Source: Camelus dromedarius
Lineage: Eukaryota
Length of the DNA: 64,000 bases
Direction: 5' to 3'
NCBI RefSeq assembly: GCF_036321535.1
Contig: NC_087437.1
Location: 96,660,001 to 96,724,000 of the forward strand
Shown here: positions 26,516-39,995 of the stretch, in pieces
Numbering within the stretch: position 1 is the stretch's first letter
How the letters are laid out: every line of letters begins with the position of its first letter
Notes under the pieces: model-generated
Told to the model about the DNA's origin: nothing
Database searches by the model: none
Seen by the model: only the letters and a program-made list of their open reading frames with translations
Made by a program: the position numbers and the translations under genes

Positions 26516-29500
26516 CATCTGTGCTATCACCTAAATTAATAATAGCTATAAACTTGGAAATCACTAGGCAAGATGAATTTTTTTAAATAATAGCTTATCC
26601 CTTAATGCCATATTTTGCAGATCCATTCCTTTAATGCCATATTTTGCAGATCCATTTTTTTCCTTTTGTTTTTCAAGAGTACTAACAGTATCACTTGAGG
26701 TATTCACTAACCCTAAGGGGAGATGCAAATTCATTCTTAAGGATGTTATAAAATGGGGGGGGGGGGGGAGCAGGCTGTTATCAGATAGCACACAATAATC
26801 TCTTTTTAAATTACAGTAACAAGGTTATTGTGAATATTACTTACATTTGAATGGAACTTTCAGGTATCTAAACATTAGAGTATTTGTAGTGTTAATTTTC
26901 ATGAATTCTGCCTCAAGGCAACCAAATAAAGCTTTTAGCAATTACGCTAAAAGCACCTATGCCCAAAGGTTTTTATTCACTTATTCTAGTCACATAATAT
27001 TAGAAAGCTTAGTAAAACACATTAAAACATTTCTTATGCCCTGCATTGGAATAGAATTTTAACAGCAAATTAGCAAGAAATATAAACATTCCTTTTTCTG
27101 ATTGTAAAAACAACACACACACATACACACGTCTTTTGACAAAATTCAATCATAATCACAATCCAAGTTCATACTTTTTTTTAAATCTATAAAATTCAAA
27201 GCAAGAAAGGATGGCTTGCATGCTAGTAACTAACTCACATGAATGCTAAGACAAAAGGATGGAAATGTCAAAGCATTTCAACTTGGTTGTATAAATTTTT
27301 AACTACATTATAAGAATGTATGTATATGTGTATCACGCATTTGTGTGCATATTTGTGCCCACATATGTGCATGTCCGTACATACATATATTACATATACA
27401 CATGAACATGTATATTCCTTAAACTACAAAACATGTTGCATAGGTTATAAATTATGATTATGGCTTTAACTCAACCATTTTATTTTTCATGTTAGAAACA
27501 CTAAGCACTACATCTGGAAAAAAGTTATTTTTATGTTACTGTATCTACAATCCTTAATGCAATTGCCAAAAAATTGTATGTCTTGTATCTAAGCTTTGAG
27601 TTACCTATATATTTCCAGCTGTGGAAATTATACTAAATATACTATATTTTTTCCTAAATACTCAGTTCCCAGTATTTCTCAGTCCTTAATATTTTCAAAT
27701 TGCCCATATAATTTCAAGAAATGAGAAGGTACTAACTTCTCACACTCCAAAATAAAATGGTACACAGTTCTCAAGTCTTCTTGAGACTTCATGAGAATTC
27801 ATTCTTGATGAATGAAAGCGCATCTTCAATTAAGATATTAATAAGTCACAGAATCTTTCATTCACAAATATACATCTTTATTTGTATTGTCTAATTTGAG
27901 TGAATCTCATCAAACAAAATTAGGTCTTTATAAGCTCGACCAAAGTTACTAAATACCACCTCCTTTGAAAAAAGGTGGGGGGAGAATGAGATTTTATACA
28001 AATGAATAGAGAAAGGATGACTTCATCAAAGAGAGTCTTAGCTACATTATAGAAAATATCTGGGAAACAGTAGTAGATCTTTGTGATCATCCTCCTTCCT
28101 CTTACTCTGGGGATTTTATCTTGTTAGAACTTGTTCAGACTGAGTGTGGCCTCACAAAGTTGTTACTCAAATATTTCAGGCCTCCTGTGATCTAATGTTT
28201 TCCCACGGAAGGAAACTTTCCCCTTTATGTGAGATAAATACCCACAAAATATGTCCTAAATCCTCTCTGAAAGGATATAATTATTAGTACTGTGCACTCA
28301 TTTATTAGGACAGACAGTTCAACTACTCTACTTACCTTTTTAATTTAATGCATTCATGCTACTTACATGGCTGTGTTATAACAACCACAATTTTGCCAAA
28401 ATAAGTTCACCATATAAACATTCCTTTGGTTAACTGACCGTACTTTTAAACCTTGAAATTAGAGAGGAGAAAGTAAGAAATGATCTGGCAGTTATATAAA
28501 TTTACAGAAATAAATTGATTGGGATTGGGTACAATTTATATATACCCCCAATGAGTCTACTGTATTTTCTTTTACAGCATCTATATTTCTATTCCAGATT
28601 CATTATGAGATTTTCTACATAGTCCTACTCATTTATATATGCCTTGTCAGCAAACTAGTCCCTCCTGAGTTCACAGACTATTATGAGAATGAAGCCACTT
28701 CGTCAATACAATATGCAATTTACTGACTGGCCTAATAACAAAACCAGGAAAATGAATTTTACACAGAGACCCCTAATACCAGGAGTATCTTTTTCACTAT
28801 TACACTGTCTGTGTTACAGAACCATGGATACTACATGCAAAAGGGTTTGGTGTTAACGGAAAGAGGCCGTGGAAGTTGGATAAAAGAGAAAATCTTTACA
28901 AATAAAATAATCTTTAAAAGTAGTGTATAGAAATCATAGCAGGGTGAGTTCTAGGTGAATACTTTTTTGTATCTGTTATTTCTAAAAACAAATGATTGCT
29001 TCCCTATCCTGTACCGTAACTCCAAACTTAACGAGTGGGCACTTAATCATTGGGACTCTAATCTCATTACTGATATATTATTACATTTTTTATATATATC
29101 ACACACAAACAAACTGATGAAACTGTACAGAGTTAGCTCCCTCTCAATGAGTGCAGTGCTGTTATGGTACAATGCCCGTATGCTTTTCAATGTTAGCTAT
29201 GATATGGCCCCACAGCATGACAGTGACATAACATTGACAAAAAAAGCCAATTAGAAAATCTCAGAATTGGCCTTCAACATCTCACTGTCTATCTTATTTT
29301 CTACTTTCATATTTCTGAGATAGTAGGTCCATTCTATTTATCTATCACTCTCTTACATCAGTAACAACAAATACAGAGAAGTCTATGGACTGGGAAAAGC
29401 AGCCAGCACATAATTGTACAGAAAGCAGAGAATCTCACTTATTCAATTTCCCCTGGCCCTTTATCATTCAGCCAAGTAGCTTACTCACTACCAAGCTGGT

Positions 29501-30619
29501 ACAGGAAATATACATTTAGTTTGAAGAGCCATCTTCCAGGCTTGCTCCACTCCATGCAACACTTTCCTGTTTTACTAGAAAAAAGCAAGTCATTGAACAT
29601 ATTTGGAGTCAGATGGCATTGGTTCCTGCATAAAATGCTGCCTATGAAGGACAAATTTAATTTGTCCAACATTAATTAAGCCCTACTTTGTGCAATTCAG
29701 CAGATATAAAATGGACTAAGAGGTAAATATGGTCCTTGCTAGAAACGGACAAACAGTAGAGATTTCTTGGAAAGCTTTGTGAATTTGTTCTTGATTTTGA
29801 AGACACTGTATTCTCTACACAAATGGAACTATGAATTTTCAATGGAAAGCATGCATACAGGAGTTGATGTCATACTTCTAAATTACTTGCAGATCTAAAG
29901 CTGCGGTCAAATTTACACCAGCCCAAACAGAGAGAGAGTGAAATCACACCTAGCAGAAGAACTGCCAACATTTTCAAATTTAGAGAAACAGCAAGGAAGG
30001 ATATGAAGAAAACTCTTCCCTTGTTCAGTCTGAAAGATAATTAAGACAAATATAATTGGGGGGGTCTTAATTCTGATTCATCTTCTCAAATTCCCAATTG
30101 CTTAGACTGCTAGAAATATTTTCTCCTGTACTTTCCCTCTTTACTTTGTTCTCCTATACCCATTCCACATCTGTCAAATCTACCTCCACTATAGTTTTGA
30201 ATCCATTACACATATACTGACAACATAGTATGTTTCACATCTACGGACAATTCGTTTGTTTATGCCTTCACCATTTTATCCCTGAAGGGTTCTCTCTGCC
30301 TTTGGTCTTTTCACCTTTAACAACACCCTCATTTAAGTCACATATTGCATTCTGAGCATTAGCCGACTTTAAAACCTCTAGATGAGTTTTCATTGCCTTC
30401 TTTCCATGACTGAGCCTTTCACAGGGAACCCGCCAACCCCATTTCCGAGTGAGGAAGCTCCTCTCTGCACCTATATTGTAACCAGAAACACCATTCCATT
30501 CATCTCATGCCTTAGACTTTTCCACCCTAACCCCAAGCACCACAACCACTTGTCCAAATGGCAGTCACAACACTCCTTTCCTTCTTAAGACTCTGCTCAA
30601 GTTACCTGTCAGGTGTGAA

Positions 30620-31450
30620 GGTGTCACCGGCAAAGCCCACTGGGGTCCCGGCGTAAAAACTAAGAGGGAATCTAGGTGATACGGTCTAACCTCTTCTTTC
30701 GCGCTTAGTCTCATTTCACTTGCTCGCAGGGCTGGCAAGCAGAGGTCTCACACCTGCCACCTCAGACCGGAGTTCTTCCTGAGAAAGGGCTGAGCCGACA
30801 CCTCTGCCGCTGACCGTATGTAGAAGCTGCGCCGGACACCGCAACTCAAGATGGCCGCGGCGGCGGCGGCGCCGCGCGCAGAGTCGCTGCGCAGGGAGCG
30901 CCGGGAGCTCCGGGAGCGCCGGGAGCGCCCGGAGCGCCACAGAGCTCCATCCGGAGCCTGAAGCGCTTGCCCAGCAGGAACCCCACCCCCTCCCGGCTGA
31001 CGGATCCCAGTAAAGCAGCCCCGCCCACGGCCTCTGGGGCGCCTGCGCGGGGCACAGAGGTTGCGCTCGCCAGCGAGCGCGAAATACCCTTCTGTGTTCA
31101 CTGATCAGAGTGCAGCCCTCCTTGGCCTCTGAACCGAACTCTGTTTCCATCTATCTTTGTGAGTGATACTGAGCAGAAGGACCCTCGTTGGGGACCGATT
31201 TGGTAGAATCAGTAAGGAAGCTTTCTCTTAAAACCTTAGGCAGCCTTTCAGGTTCTCAGCGTGCTGTACAAATATCTCAACTGCAGCAGTACTTGAGGGC
31301 AGTGATCTTGTTTGTCAGCTTGTGATCTAAAGAACTCAGTCAACCGCACATAGTAGGCACACACCAAACGTTTGCTGAAAGGATGCATGAGGACTGATGA
31401 AGTTGGAGAAATAATATGGGCGGGGGCGGGGGGGGCGGGAATTCATCTTC
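30620..31450. promoter_or_regulatory. Orphan intronic CpG island with promoter-type motifs
   Basis: Dense CpG at 30770-31100. Motifs: CAAGATGGCCGC (YY1-like, 30847-30858), GCGCCTGCGC (NRF1, 31039-31048), GCCCCGCCC (31018-31026), TTTCGCGC (30697-30704), GCGCGAAA (31077-31084), and a GC-box cluster at 31418-31439. Confidence 0.7.
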
Positions 31451-31527
31451 TGACTCCATCTGCCTCTTGCTCCATCGCAGCACGTTCTTTCTTCTCCTCC
31501 TCTAATGAAAAAGGGATATTTTATATT

Positions 31528-31822
31528 CGGCAGCAAACTATAACCCTCAGGCCAAATATGGCCCATCTCTATGATCCATGGGTAAGATTTTTTTTTTCAT
31601 TTTTAAATCACAGGAAAAAAAGTCAAAAGAAAAATGATATTTTGTGACATAAGAAAATCATTAAAAAATTAAAATTTCAGTGTCCATAAAGTTTTATTGG
31701 AACACAAGTCTGCCGTTCATTTACAGCTTGTCTATGGCCACCTCCCTATAAAAGCAGAGATGAGAAATTGTGACAGAAGAGGACTCATAGTCAGCAGAGC
31801 CAAAATTGTTACTACCTGTGGC
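31528..31822 (-). mobile_element. hAT-Charlie MER58B-like element
   Basis: cagcaaactataaccctcaggccaaatatggccc...aaatttcagtgtccataaagttttattggaacaca. Confidence 0.75.
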
Positions 31823-33808
31823 CCTCGAAGTTCTGAGGCACCCAGTTCACAGTATGATGATCCCTTTCCTAACACAGGTGCCAGGAGACTGTGAGAACAG
31901 GATGGCTCTGATGAGCCTTGGCAGTCAATTCTGCATTCTTTCTGTTCTCCTGGGCTTATCACTAATGATATAAAATAACCACCAAGGCTCAGGCACTAGC
32001 TTGTATGTGATGCTTCTCAAACAACTGAAAATGTTTGAAATCAAGAAAGGTGATTTTTAAAAATCTAATGACAGGATATTATTCTTCCCCCTCATAATAT
32101 ATTCAAAGTAATGAGACCAAAAGAAAAATACAAAGAACTCCAACTCACGAAGCCAAACTTAGGTATTATTTTCCACTCCTGTTGTCATTTTGCACCTCTC
32201 TATAGAACAGAGACTATCAAATATTTCACATTTCTCTTGAATTGTATAGCCCCAAAGGTGCATGTTTAATAAGACCGCACTAATGCGGAAAGTAGTAAGA
32301 GGATTACATGCTGGATTCTGTTCAACCAATAAGTCTGATCACAATTCTTGTCTATTTCCATAGTGGACTCATTGTTTATTATCTTTCCTTTGAAATACAA
32401 TGCAACTTTGTATTTAGCATCTCCTACAATTTAAGTCAACAATAATTTTAAAGTATGAGTATTTTCCCCATAAACATAACTCATTGCTTGCAAGGTTTTC
32501 TGATTTAGTTATAAAAAGTGGTTAGTGAAACATTTTAAACATGGTTACATTTTGCCAATCCTTTCTCTCAATATTTAAAAAGGTTTAATAGGATCCATCT
32601 TAATACTGTTTCTCAACTGCATAGATCAGGATATAGAGAGATAATAAGTACATCCTTCTCTAGTTTTAAGTGGACAGACATCTTCTAAAAGAATCTGTCT
32701 TTGTACTCACTCCAGCTTTTATTCTGCCAAAATCTCTCTCCCACTCTCACGTTCTGCCAATGAAGTGCAAAATGAAAGAAGTATTTCAATTGCACTTAAG
32801 CCACGTTCATTGAAAGAGAATCTCCACAGCCAGTGATGCAATACTCCGTAAATGGGCACTATAATCTCATGACCTTTAAAACTGGGACATAACACTCCTA
32901 ATCTGAATCGCATTTTCTCCTTGCCCCTACTCTCATTTATCCCCTGGGCCCTTTCAGTTTTATTGCTTTGCTGGCTTCTCCCCCTAGTTAGATATCTAGA
33001 TTTCTGATTATTTCCCTGAAGAATTACTTTACATTTATATACCAAATAAAGCATTAGTTCTTAATCTGCTAAGAATGTTTGCTGCCTAAAGTTTTCTAAA
33101 TCATTTCTATGTTCATGAGGTATGGGGATGTGGTGAGGGAAGAAGTTTCTGATAGCTTTCTAATGTTGGGGTATGTAATTTTATCATGTTGTTCTCTCCT
33201 TTACATCACTAATAAAGATGTTAAATCAGACCTCAGTTGAAGCTGATCTCTAGACATCACACACCAAATCGTTACATTTTCATCTCTGATTGCCCTTGGG
33301 TATTACCACCTCTTAACAAGATATTTCACTTCCACAGAGTGAAAAACAGGTTACAGGAAGCATCACACAGAGTCGTTTAAATGTTGTTTGTTCTCATATT
33401 CAAACTACACTAAAGGCTTTTTAATGAATGTGAGTACATAGAGAAGAACCAGACTAAGCTGCTACAACTAAAATAAATTTAAAATGTAAAATGAACAGAA
33501 GAATGAAAATAATTTAAAAGGAAGGCTTGGCTTAAATTACCATCTAAATAATAACAGCCTGGATGACAACAGAATCAAACTGAAAAACAGTATGAAAAAG
33601 CATCATCTTGCATTTTTCTAGTTGCCATACACAGGCCACCAAAACCGGAAGCTTTTCTATCTAGCACCTAAGGTGATTGACAAGGTTCCTAAACCTTAAG
33701 AAATTTTATTTGAACCTTGCTATGTACCCAATGTAATCAAAAGATATAAAGAGAGGTAACAGGGATGGATTATAATGATAAAATCCTAAATCCCTTATGT
33801 TACACTAG

Positions 33809-33812
<4 letters not shown>

Positions 33813-33872
<60 letters not shown>
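33813..33872. repeat. (CA)30 microsatellite
   Basis: Perfect dinucleotide run. Confidence 0.97.
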
Positions 33873-33876
<4 letters not shown>

Positions 33877-36800
33877 GCCTCTTTGTAAATCACAGACTGT
33901 CCCTTATATCCAGGTGCTCTTGGGAAGCAAACACCTGCCACCTTTAACACTTTCTCATTAGATGCTTCTCTAAAATCTCAAGAGTATTGTAATTAGTTTA
34001 TCAAACAAACAAAAATGTGATTTGGATGCTGTGAAGTAGATGAGCATAGACCACATTTTGAATATAATCCATAACATCATGTTATTAGTTTGATGTTCCT
34101 CACAACCACTGCCAAAATATAAGAATGGCTAACTGATTTTTTTAATGTGTTCATTTGGTATACTTTTACTATTTCAATTTTATCCAACAGTAGCAACAAT
34201 TAACAGTTCACAAAACACTGTTTTTTTTTAAAAAGCTACTACAGGTATTGAAATTTTAGCAACTTCTTTCTCAAAAGCTTCGACAATGTATTAAGATCTA
34301 CTTTGCAAAAGACCCAAAGTAGTATGAAGACCTTTCTTGTCTGCCTTTTCCCCCCTCATTAAAAACAGAAGGTATTAATCACTGGATTTCAAAGGCAGCT
34401 GACTGACGCTATTCACCAAGTAGGGCATTCTCACTAATGTGGCCCCATGAATAACCCTCAAGGCTTTTATTATTACTCTGAGTGGACTCTTAGCAGCACA
34501 GCCTCCCTTTAGCAGCCCTCTTCCCCTCAGGCTCCAAAAGGATTATAGATAGCAGCTGAAAGAAAGCATCACTGGTAAAAACAGAAGTTTTTAAAGGGAA
34601 AAGAAATGGGAGCAAAGTGGACATATTGGAGACAAGTCATGATTCATGGTCTGTACTGTGTTCTGCCTCTCTTTCTCTTACTCAATTCACTCTTTAGTTT
34701 TACTGCTGGAGAAGAGGGGACCAGACCAGTGCACTTCTCCTAGCAACCAATATCAGTCAGCAAAGAAGGCATGTCATCTGCTCAAAGGAAAAACGGAAGA
34801 ATTCGGGGTCATACAAAGCCAGACACACGTTCTTTTGCATTTGATCACAAATTGATTATCAAAAAGGATTCAGTAAATGCTAAATAATTCTGTTTTATGT
34901 GAATGTTAACAATCCATAGAACTAAATATCAGCTTGTCCATTTGCTATATAGTGGAGTTTCAAATGCTGGTCCAATTCATTTTATTCAAATGTTCAATTT
35001 TTCACTTTTCCAATAGCCCCACACTCCTTATGGTTCATAGTGATTGCCCCTCCCAGGTATATCCTTGTACCTCCTGGACAATTTCAAATGCAAAGATCAT
35101 GCATAAACTCCTATAGCACCCCAAATTCAGAAAGCTTAGAATTGCATCCTGAGAGAGAGAGACTATAGAAGTAATTGACAAGTCATCTTAATTGCATACA
35201 ATCTTTAGCTGCTGCTTAGAAAGATAAAAACCGCTTTCAAAAAAGAAAAGTTGAACAAACTAGGAATTTAAATTTAACAGGATGAGACGCTTTTACTGAG
35301 AGCCTCACAAATCTGGAGAGATTCATAAGATCCAACTGATGAACATCACAGGTGTTACAGTTTAACAGAAAAGTAAAATAATAATTCATAGCTCGGAAAA
35401 TGTGCTTCATAAAATAAAAGTTGTCTGTTGGATTGTGAGTAGATGGCAGGCATTAAACAACTCAGAAGTTTATTCATATCTAACAGCCATGTGTGTATGG
35501 GGCAGGGGGATGAAGTATCTTTGCTCAAAATCTGTACCCACATGTTCTACATATTTTTCCTATTCTTTTTTCTTTCATTTTGTATTACAAGTTCACATTA
35601 TCCAGGCTTTCAAATCACAAAGGTGGACTGAAACACTTAAAAACACACTTAACTACAAAATCACCTACATGTTTTCAAGATAGCCAGAGAGGAACTCCCC
35701 AGTTAAATCCGTTAGCACTTCTTTTCTGGTGAAGTTATTAAACAGCATTTGTGAGAAGAAAAGGAGGCTACAAACCTCAACTGAATGACAGCTTGAAGAT
35801 CTATGAGTTCAGGGCTCAGGTACCGTGGAAATACTTTTTCGTCGTTAGTTTTTAACTCTCGAGACTATCACTGCATCAAAGAAAGTAGTTCTGAAACCAT
35901 CATATTCAATGTTCTAACTCCTCACAGTCCATTTTGCATGGAAAAAAAAAAAAACACTTAAGAATGCTAAGTTACCTGGCATTTTCTTTTTGAAAGGTTA
36001 CACTCTTCTTACTCAGTCTCTCCTGCAATCAATGAGCCAGTTGGGGAAGGGTACATTTAATTGGCATTTGGGTGATGGCTCCTTGTTGTAGTTGTTGACA
36101 TTCAGAGGTGGTCTAGAATGGACAAGCTATTTCATATTTAAGGAGGGGAAGGTGAAATGCCTGCTCTAGTTTTAACAGATCAACAATTAATGCAGTTTTC
36201 AGTAACTACACTATTAGCTGACATTACATTAAAGTTCACTTTAAAATAAAGATAAAAACCACAATTTAGAATACCTGTCACTAGGCTCATCCTGAATTTC
36301 CCTTAATTTAATGTAACTCTGAAAACTGTATTGTATAATTATCAGATATACCTAAACAAATTAGTGTACTGAGTTCTACCATTTGGTAGTATTTGGAAGT
36401 ATATATTGTGAAACTTTAAAGTATGACTATAACCTTGATTTATATAACGTATAACCTTTTCTTTATAAAGAAAACCTCTTGACTTAATTTTTTAAAGATC
36501 CCCCTTTTTGATCACACTTACGAACATTTTAATTGGTTATGACTGTTGCACAGCTTTTGACCAATCCTTTAAATTCCAAATGGTTTCCTTGTTTCTTGCG
36601 TAAACTTGAAAAGCAATGTAATGTTAAGTGTTGAGTTATATTCCATATTCTACAGCTCATTTCCAAAAAGGCTTGGGACCAAAAACCAGGGAAAGAAATC
36701 CCACATCAATCCTTACAACAGAAATTAAAAAGTGGCTGTTAATCCCTCTCCTGAGCTAAAACTGCCCTGTCACATATGGTTCTAGTTACAGTGGCCATAA

Positions 36801-37959
36801 ACTAGTAAGTAATTTGGCTTAAGACTATTGTTTTCTTACTATTAAATTTTTAATCACATTTATTCATAAAGAAACAATAAGTACCAGTGGTTATTAATGA
36901 ATGAAAGTGGATATGAACCGTAAGATTAGTAAATTTTGACTATTATCCATATTCACGTCATTAAGCCCACATCAGAATACAGGGATATATCCCATGCAAA
37001 TGAACAATAAATCATAATTATTTTCAAAGATTGACATTTATGGCTTGGGATAATTTTTTTTCTAGGCTAAATTTTCTCCTTTAATTGTACTCAAACATAA
37101 TAAAAATGATAGGACATTTAACTAAATGACTTACAATAATAGGATTCAAGGCTGAGTGAGACGCTGGAGAGTACACAGTCAAATATTATCTATTTTTCTG
37201 ATAAGAACCTAAAGTCATACAATTAATTAGTAGTAAAACTGAAACTGCAGTCCAGAGCTTCTGGACACCCATGGTGTGTCCCTTCCACAATAGCAGTGAT
37301 ACTGTCTCATTCAGGTTAGCCTTTCTGATAAGGACAACCACTCAATATGTAAATCTAATTAATGGATAGCTCTAAAAAGTATCAGAATCAACATTTATAC
37401 TAGATGAAAGAAAGATAAGTAGGCCATCCAGGAAAAAATGTTGAGTGGGGACTGAATGTTAATTTTTAAAAATTTTTCTGTACTAGGTGCATTTACTTAG
37501 AACCAGTAAGCTGTGTCTCATATAAGATTTAGCTTCATGATATTTTATAGCAAAAGCACCAAGTAAAAACTAATCTGGATAAAACGTAATCAGTCAACAT
37601 GAACCAAACTGCAGGGTTTTACAAGCATGTTCTGTTTATTAACAAATTGCTATTTGTAGTATGCCTCTCTTGTTTATTCCTTTCATTCATAATACCACTC
37701 CCTTGGGAATCCTATTTGTTCTGTAATCAGCACATGATGCAATGGAAACACACATGTCATAGCACGTCTGTCACAGTTTCATAGGTGTGGCCACAGATGA
37801 GTCCCCGTAAGGGGCAACAAAAGTTCTTATTCAGTCACCTTGAAAGGTTATGTGAAAATTATCATGAAATGCATCTGAAATGTAGTTCGTAATTAGCCTG
37901 ATAGACAAAGTACTCTTAAATTTACTTCTACTCTATACTAGGAAGAGAATAATAATAGA

Positions 37960-39040
37960 ATAAAAATACTACTACTAATAAAAAAAATAATAGCACTTAA
38001 CTGGTGTTTATTAAGTACCAGGCACTGTTCAAAGGACTTTTTCTAAAATTTCTACATATATAGTATACATATATATGTAACATATGGTACTATATTACAT
38101 ATATACATACATACGGATATATATTACATATATACACACATCTAATTCCATATATGATAACATACAATGTTCCATATATATGTGTGTGTATATATTCACC
38201 TATTCCTCATATCAGGTGTTTGAGAAGACACTATTACCATGCCCATTTTAAAGACAAGGACACTGAGGCATAGAATGGTTAAATCATTTGCTCTGACACA
38301 CTCGGTAGTGTTTGTTGACTGTCTTTCAATAATCATCTTATGCTTCTTCTCCTGTGGACAAACAATGTTACAATTAAACTAGACTCCTTGCCTTTCCACT
38401 AGCACATCTTTGTCATCTCCGTGCCATTCCTCCTGTTATGCCTTTTGCTGGTATACAATTCCCAATCTTTCTGTCTATTAAAACTCCACTTCTCCTCTAA
38501 GGCTCAGGTTAAGTGACCCATTTGGTGTTGACACTTCCCAGATTGCAAGAGCTGGAAATCACTATTCCTTCTCTGAGTTCCCAAGCTATGTTGTGTGTAC
38601 CTTCAACCCCCAACTACCAGATAACCACTCTTGTGTCAGTAACTTGAGCATTTGTTATCACCTCTACTAAAGAGTTATCTCCTTGAAGGTGGGAACTATT
38701 TAACGTCATCATGTTCCTCACAGAGCCCTCAACAAGGTGTCGTGTTTATAAATAGGAGCTCCATAAGCAGGTGCTGAATCAAATGAATAACCTCATGGTT
38801 TCTCAGGCTAACTCCCTTGTTGACATGTTCAGAAAACAGCTGGTCATTTTCAGTAACAAGAGCCTGGAACTCTTGTTAAGGAGTTCCAGGGTTAAGAAAA
38901 TGGAAATCGTCTCTCAAGAGAAGCATGGTATAGAGATTAAAAACATCCCTGGACTCTGATTCCAGCCCCACCACTAAGCGGCAGAGGCTCTGACAAGGCG
39001 CATAAAAAGTCTGAGCTTCAGTTCCCCATCTGTCCAACCA
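37960..39040. mobile_element. Cluster of MIR and L2 fragments with TA-rich low-complexity insert (38055-38195)
   Basis: ccaggcactgttc..cccattttaaagacaaggacactgaggc (MIR); ctcctctaaggctcagg..gtgctgaatcaaatgaat (L2); ctgagcttcagttccccatctgt (MIR). Confidence 0.6.
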
Positions 39041-39364
39041 ACAGAAAGGTTGTGCTGCCTAACTGCAAAAACTTCCTCTAGCTCTGGGATGCCATCATTC
39101 TGTAATTTACATTTAGTATCGGTGAACTCCCTGCTAAAAGTGACAAGTTCAGTTTGAGTGTATTTCACTTGTAAAACTTTACAGGGCAACTGAAGAAAAC
39201 TTAAGACAATCACTGAAAGGATTAGAAATTAGGACTTTTGGAAATTTAAGGCATATTATTATCATTTATAAAATTGTTTCACTATAAAAATCATATCTAA
39301 TCCATCAAGGCCACTCAACATTTTCTTTCCATGGTGAATTAAAATAATATATTTACCTCATACA

Positions 39365-39995
39365 TTACCAGTGGGAGTGTAAAATGGCACAGCAGCTTTG
39401 GAAAACAGTCCTGCAGTTCCTCAAATGGTTAAACACAGAATTACCATGTGACCTGGCAATTCCACTCCAGTTATACACCCAAGAAAAATGAAAACATATG
39501 TGCACACAGAGGTTAGTATATGAGTGTTCACAGCAACACTCTTTATAATAGCCCCAAAGTGGAAACAACCTAAATATCCACAGATAATTCAAAATATAAA
39601 TGATATGGGATATTATTCAGCAATAAAAGAAGAATGAAATACTGATATATTCTACAACATGGATGACCCTTAAAAATATTAGACTAAGGGAAAGAAACTA
39701 GTCACAAAAGACCATACATTTTATGATCCTATTTACATGAAATGTTTAAAATAGACAAATCTATACAGACAGAAAGTAGACTTTCTTAGTGGCTTCCTAG
39801 GGCTGGGAGAGGGGTGATGGATGAGGAACAGGATACAGAGTTTCCTTGATACAATGATATAAAAATTCTAAAATTAGATTGCAGTTATGGTTGCACAGCT
39901 CTCTGAATACACTAAATAAATCACTGAATTGTACACTTTTATATGTGTGAACTATATGGTATGTGAATTATATCTCAAACATTTCAATAAAGTTG
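39365..39995 (+). mobile_element. Old L1 (L1MB/MC-type) 3' end
   Basis: gtgggagtgtaaaatgg..ctttggaaaacagt..gcaattccactcc..ggtatgtgaattatatctcaa..aataaa. Confidence 0.9.

Noticed and set aside
30846..31055. Collagen-like GAPGAPGAPGAP ORF on the minus strand
   Set aside because: Only four triplets, produced by the 9-bp minisatellite; no collagen exon structure.
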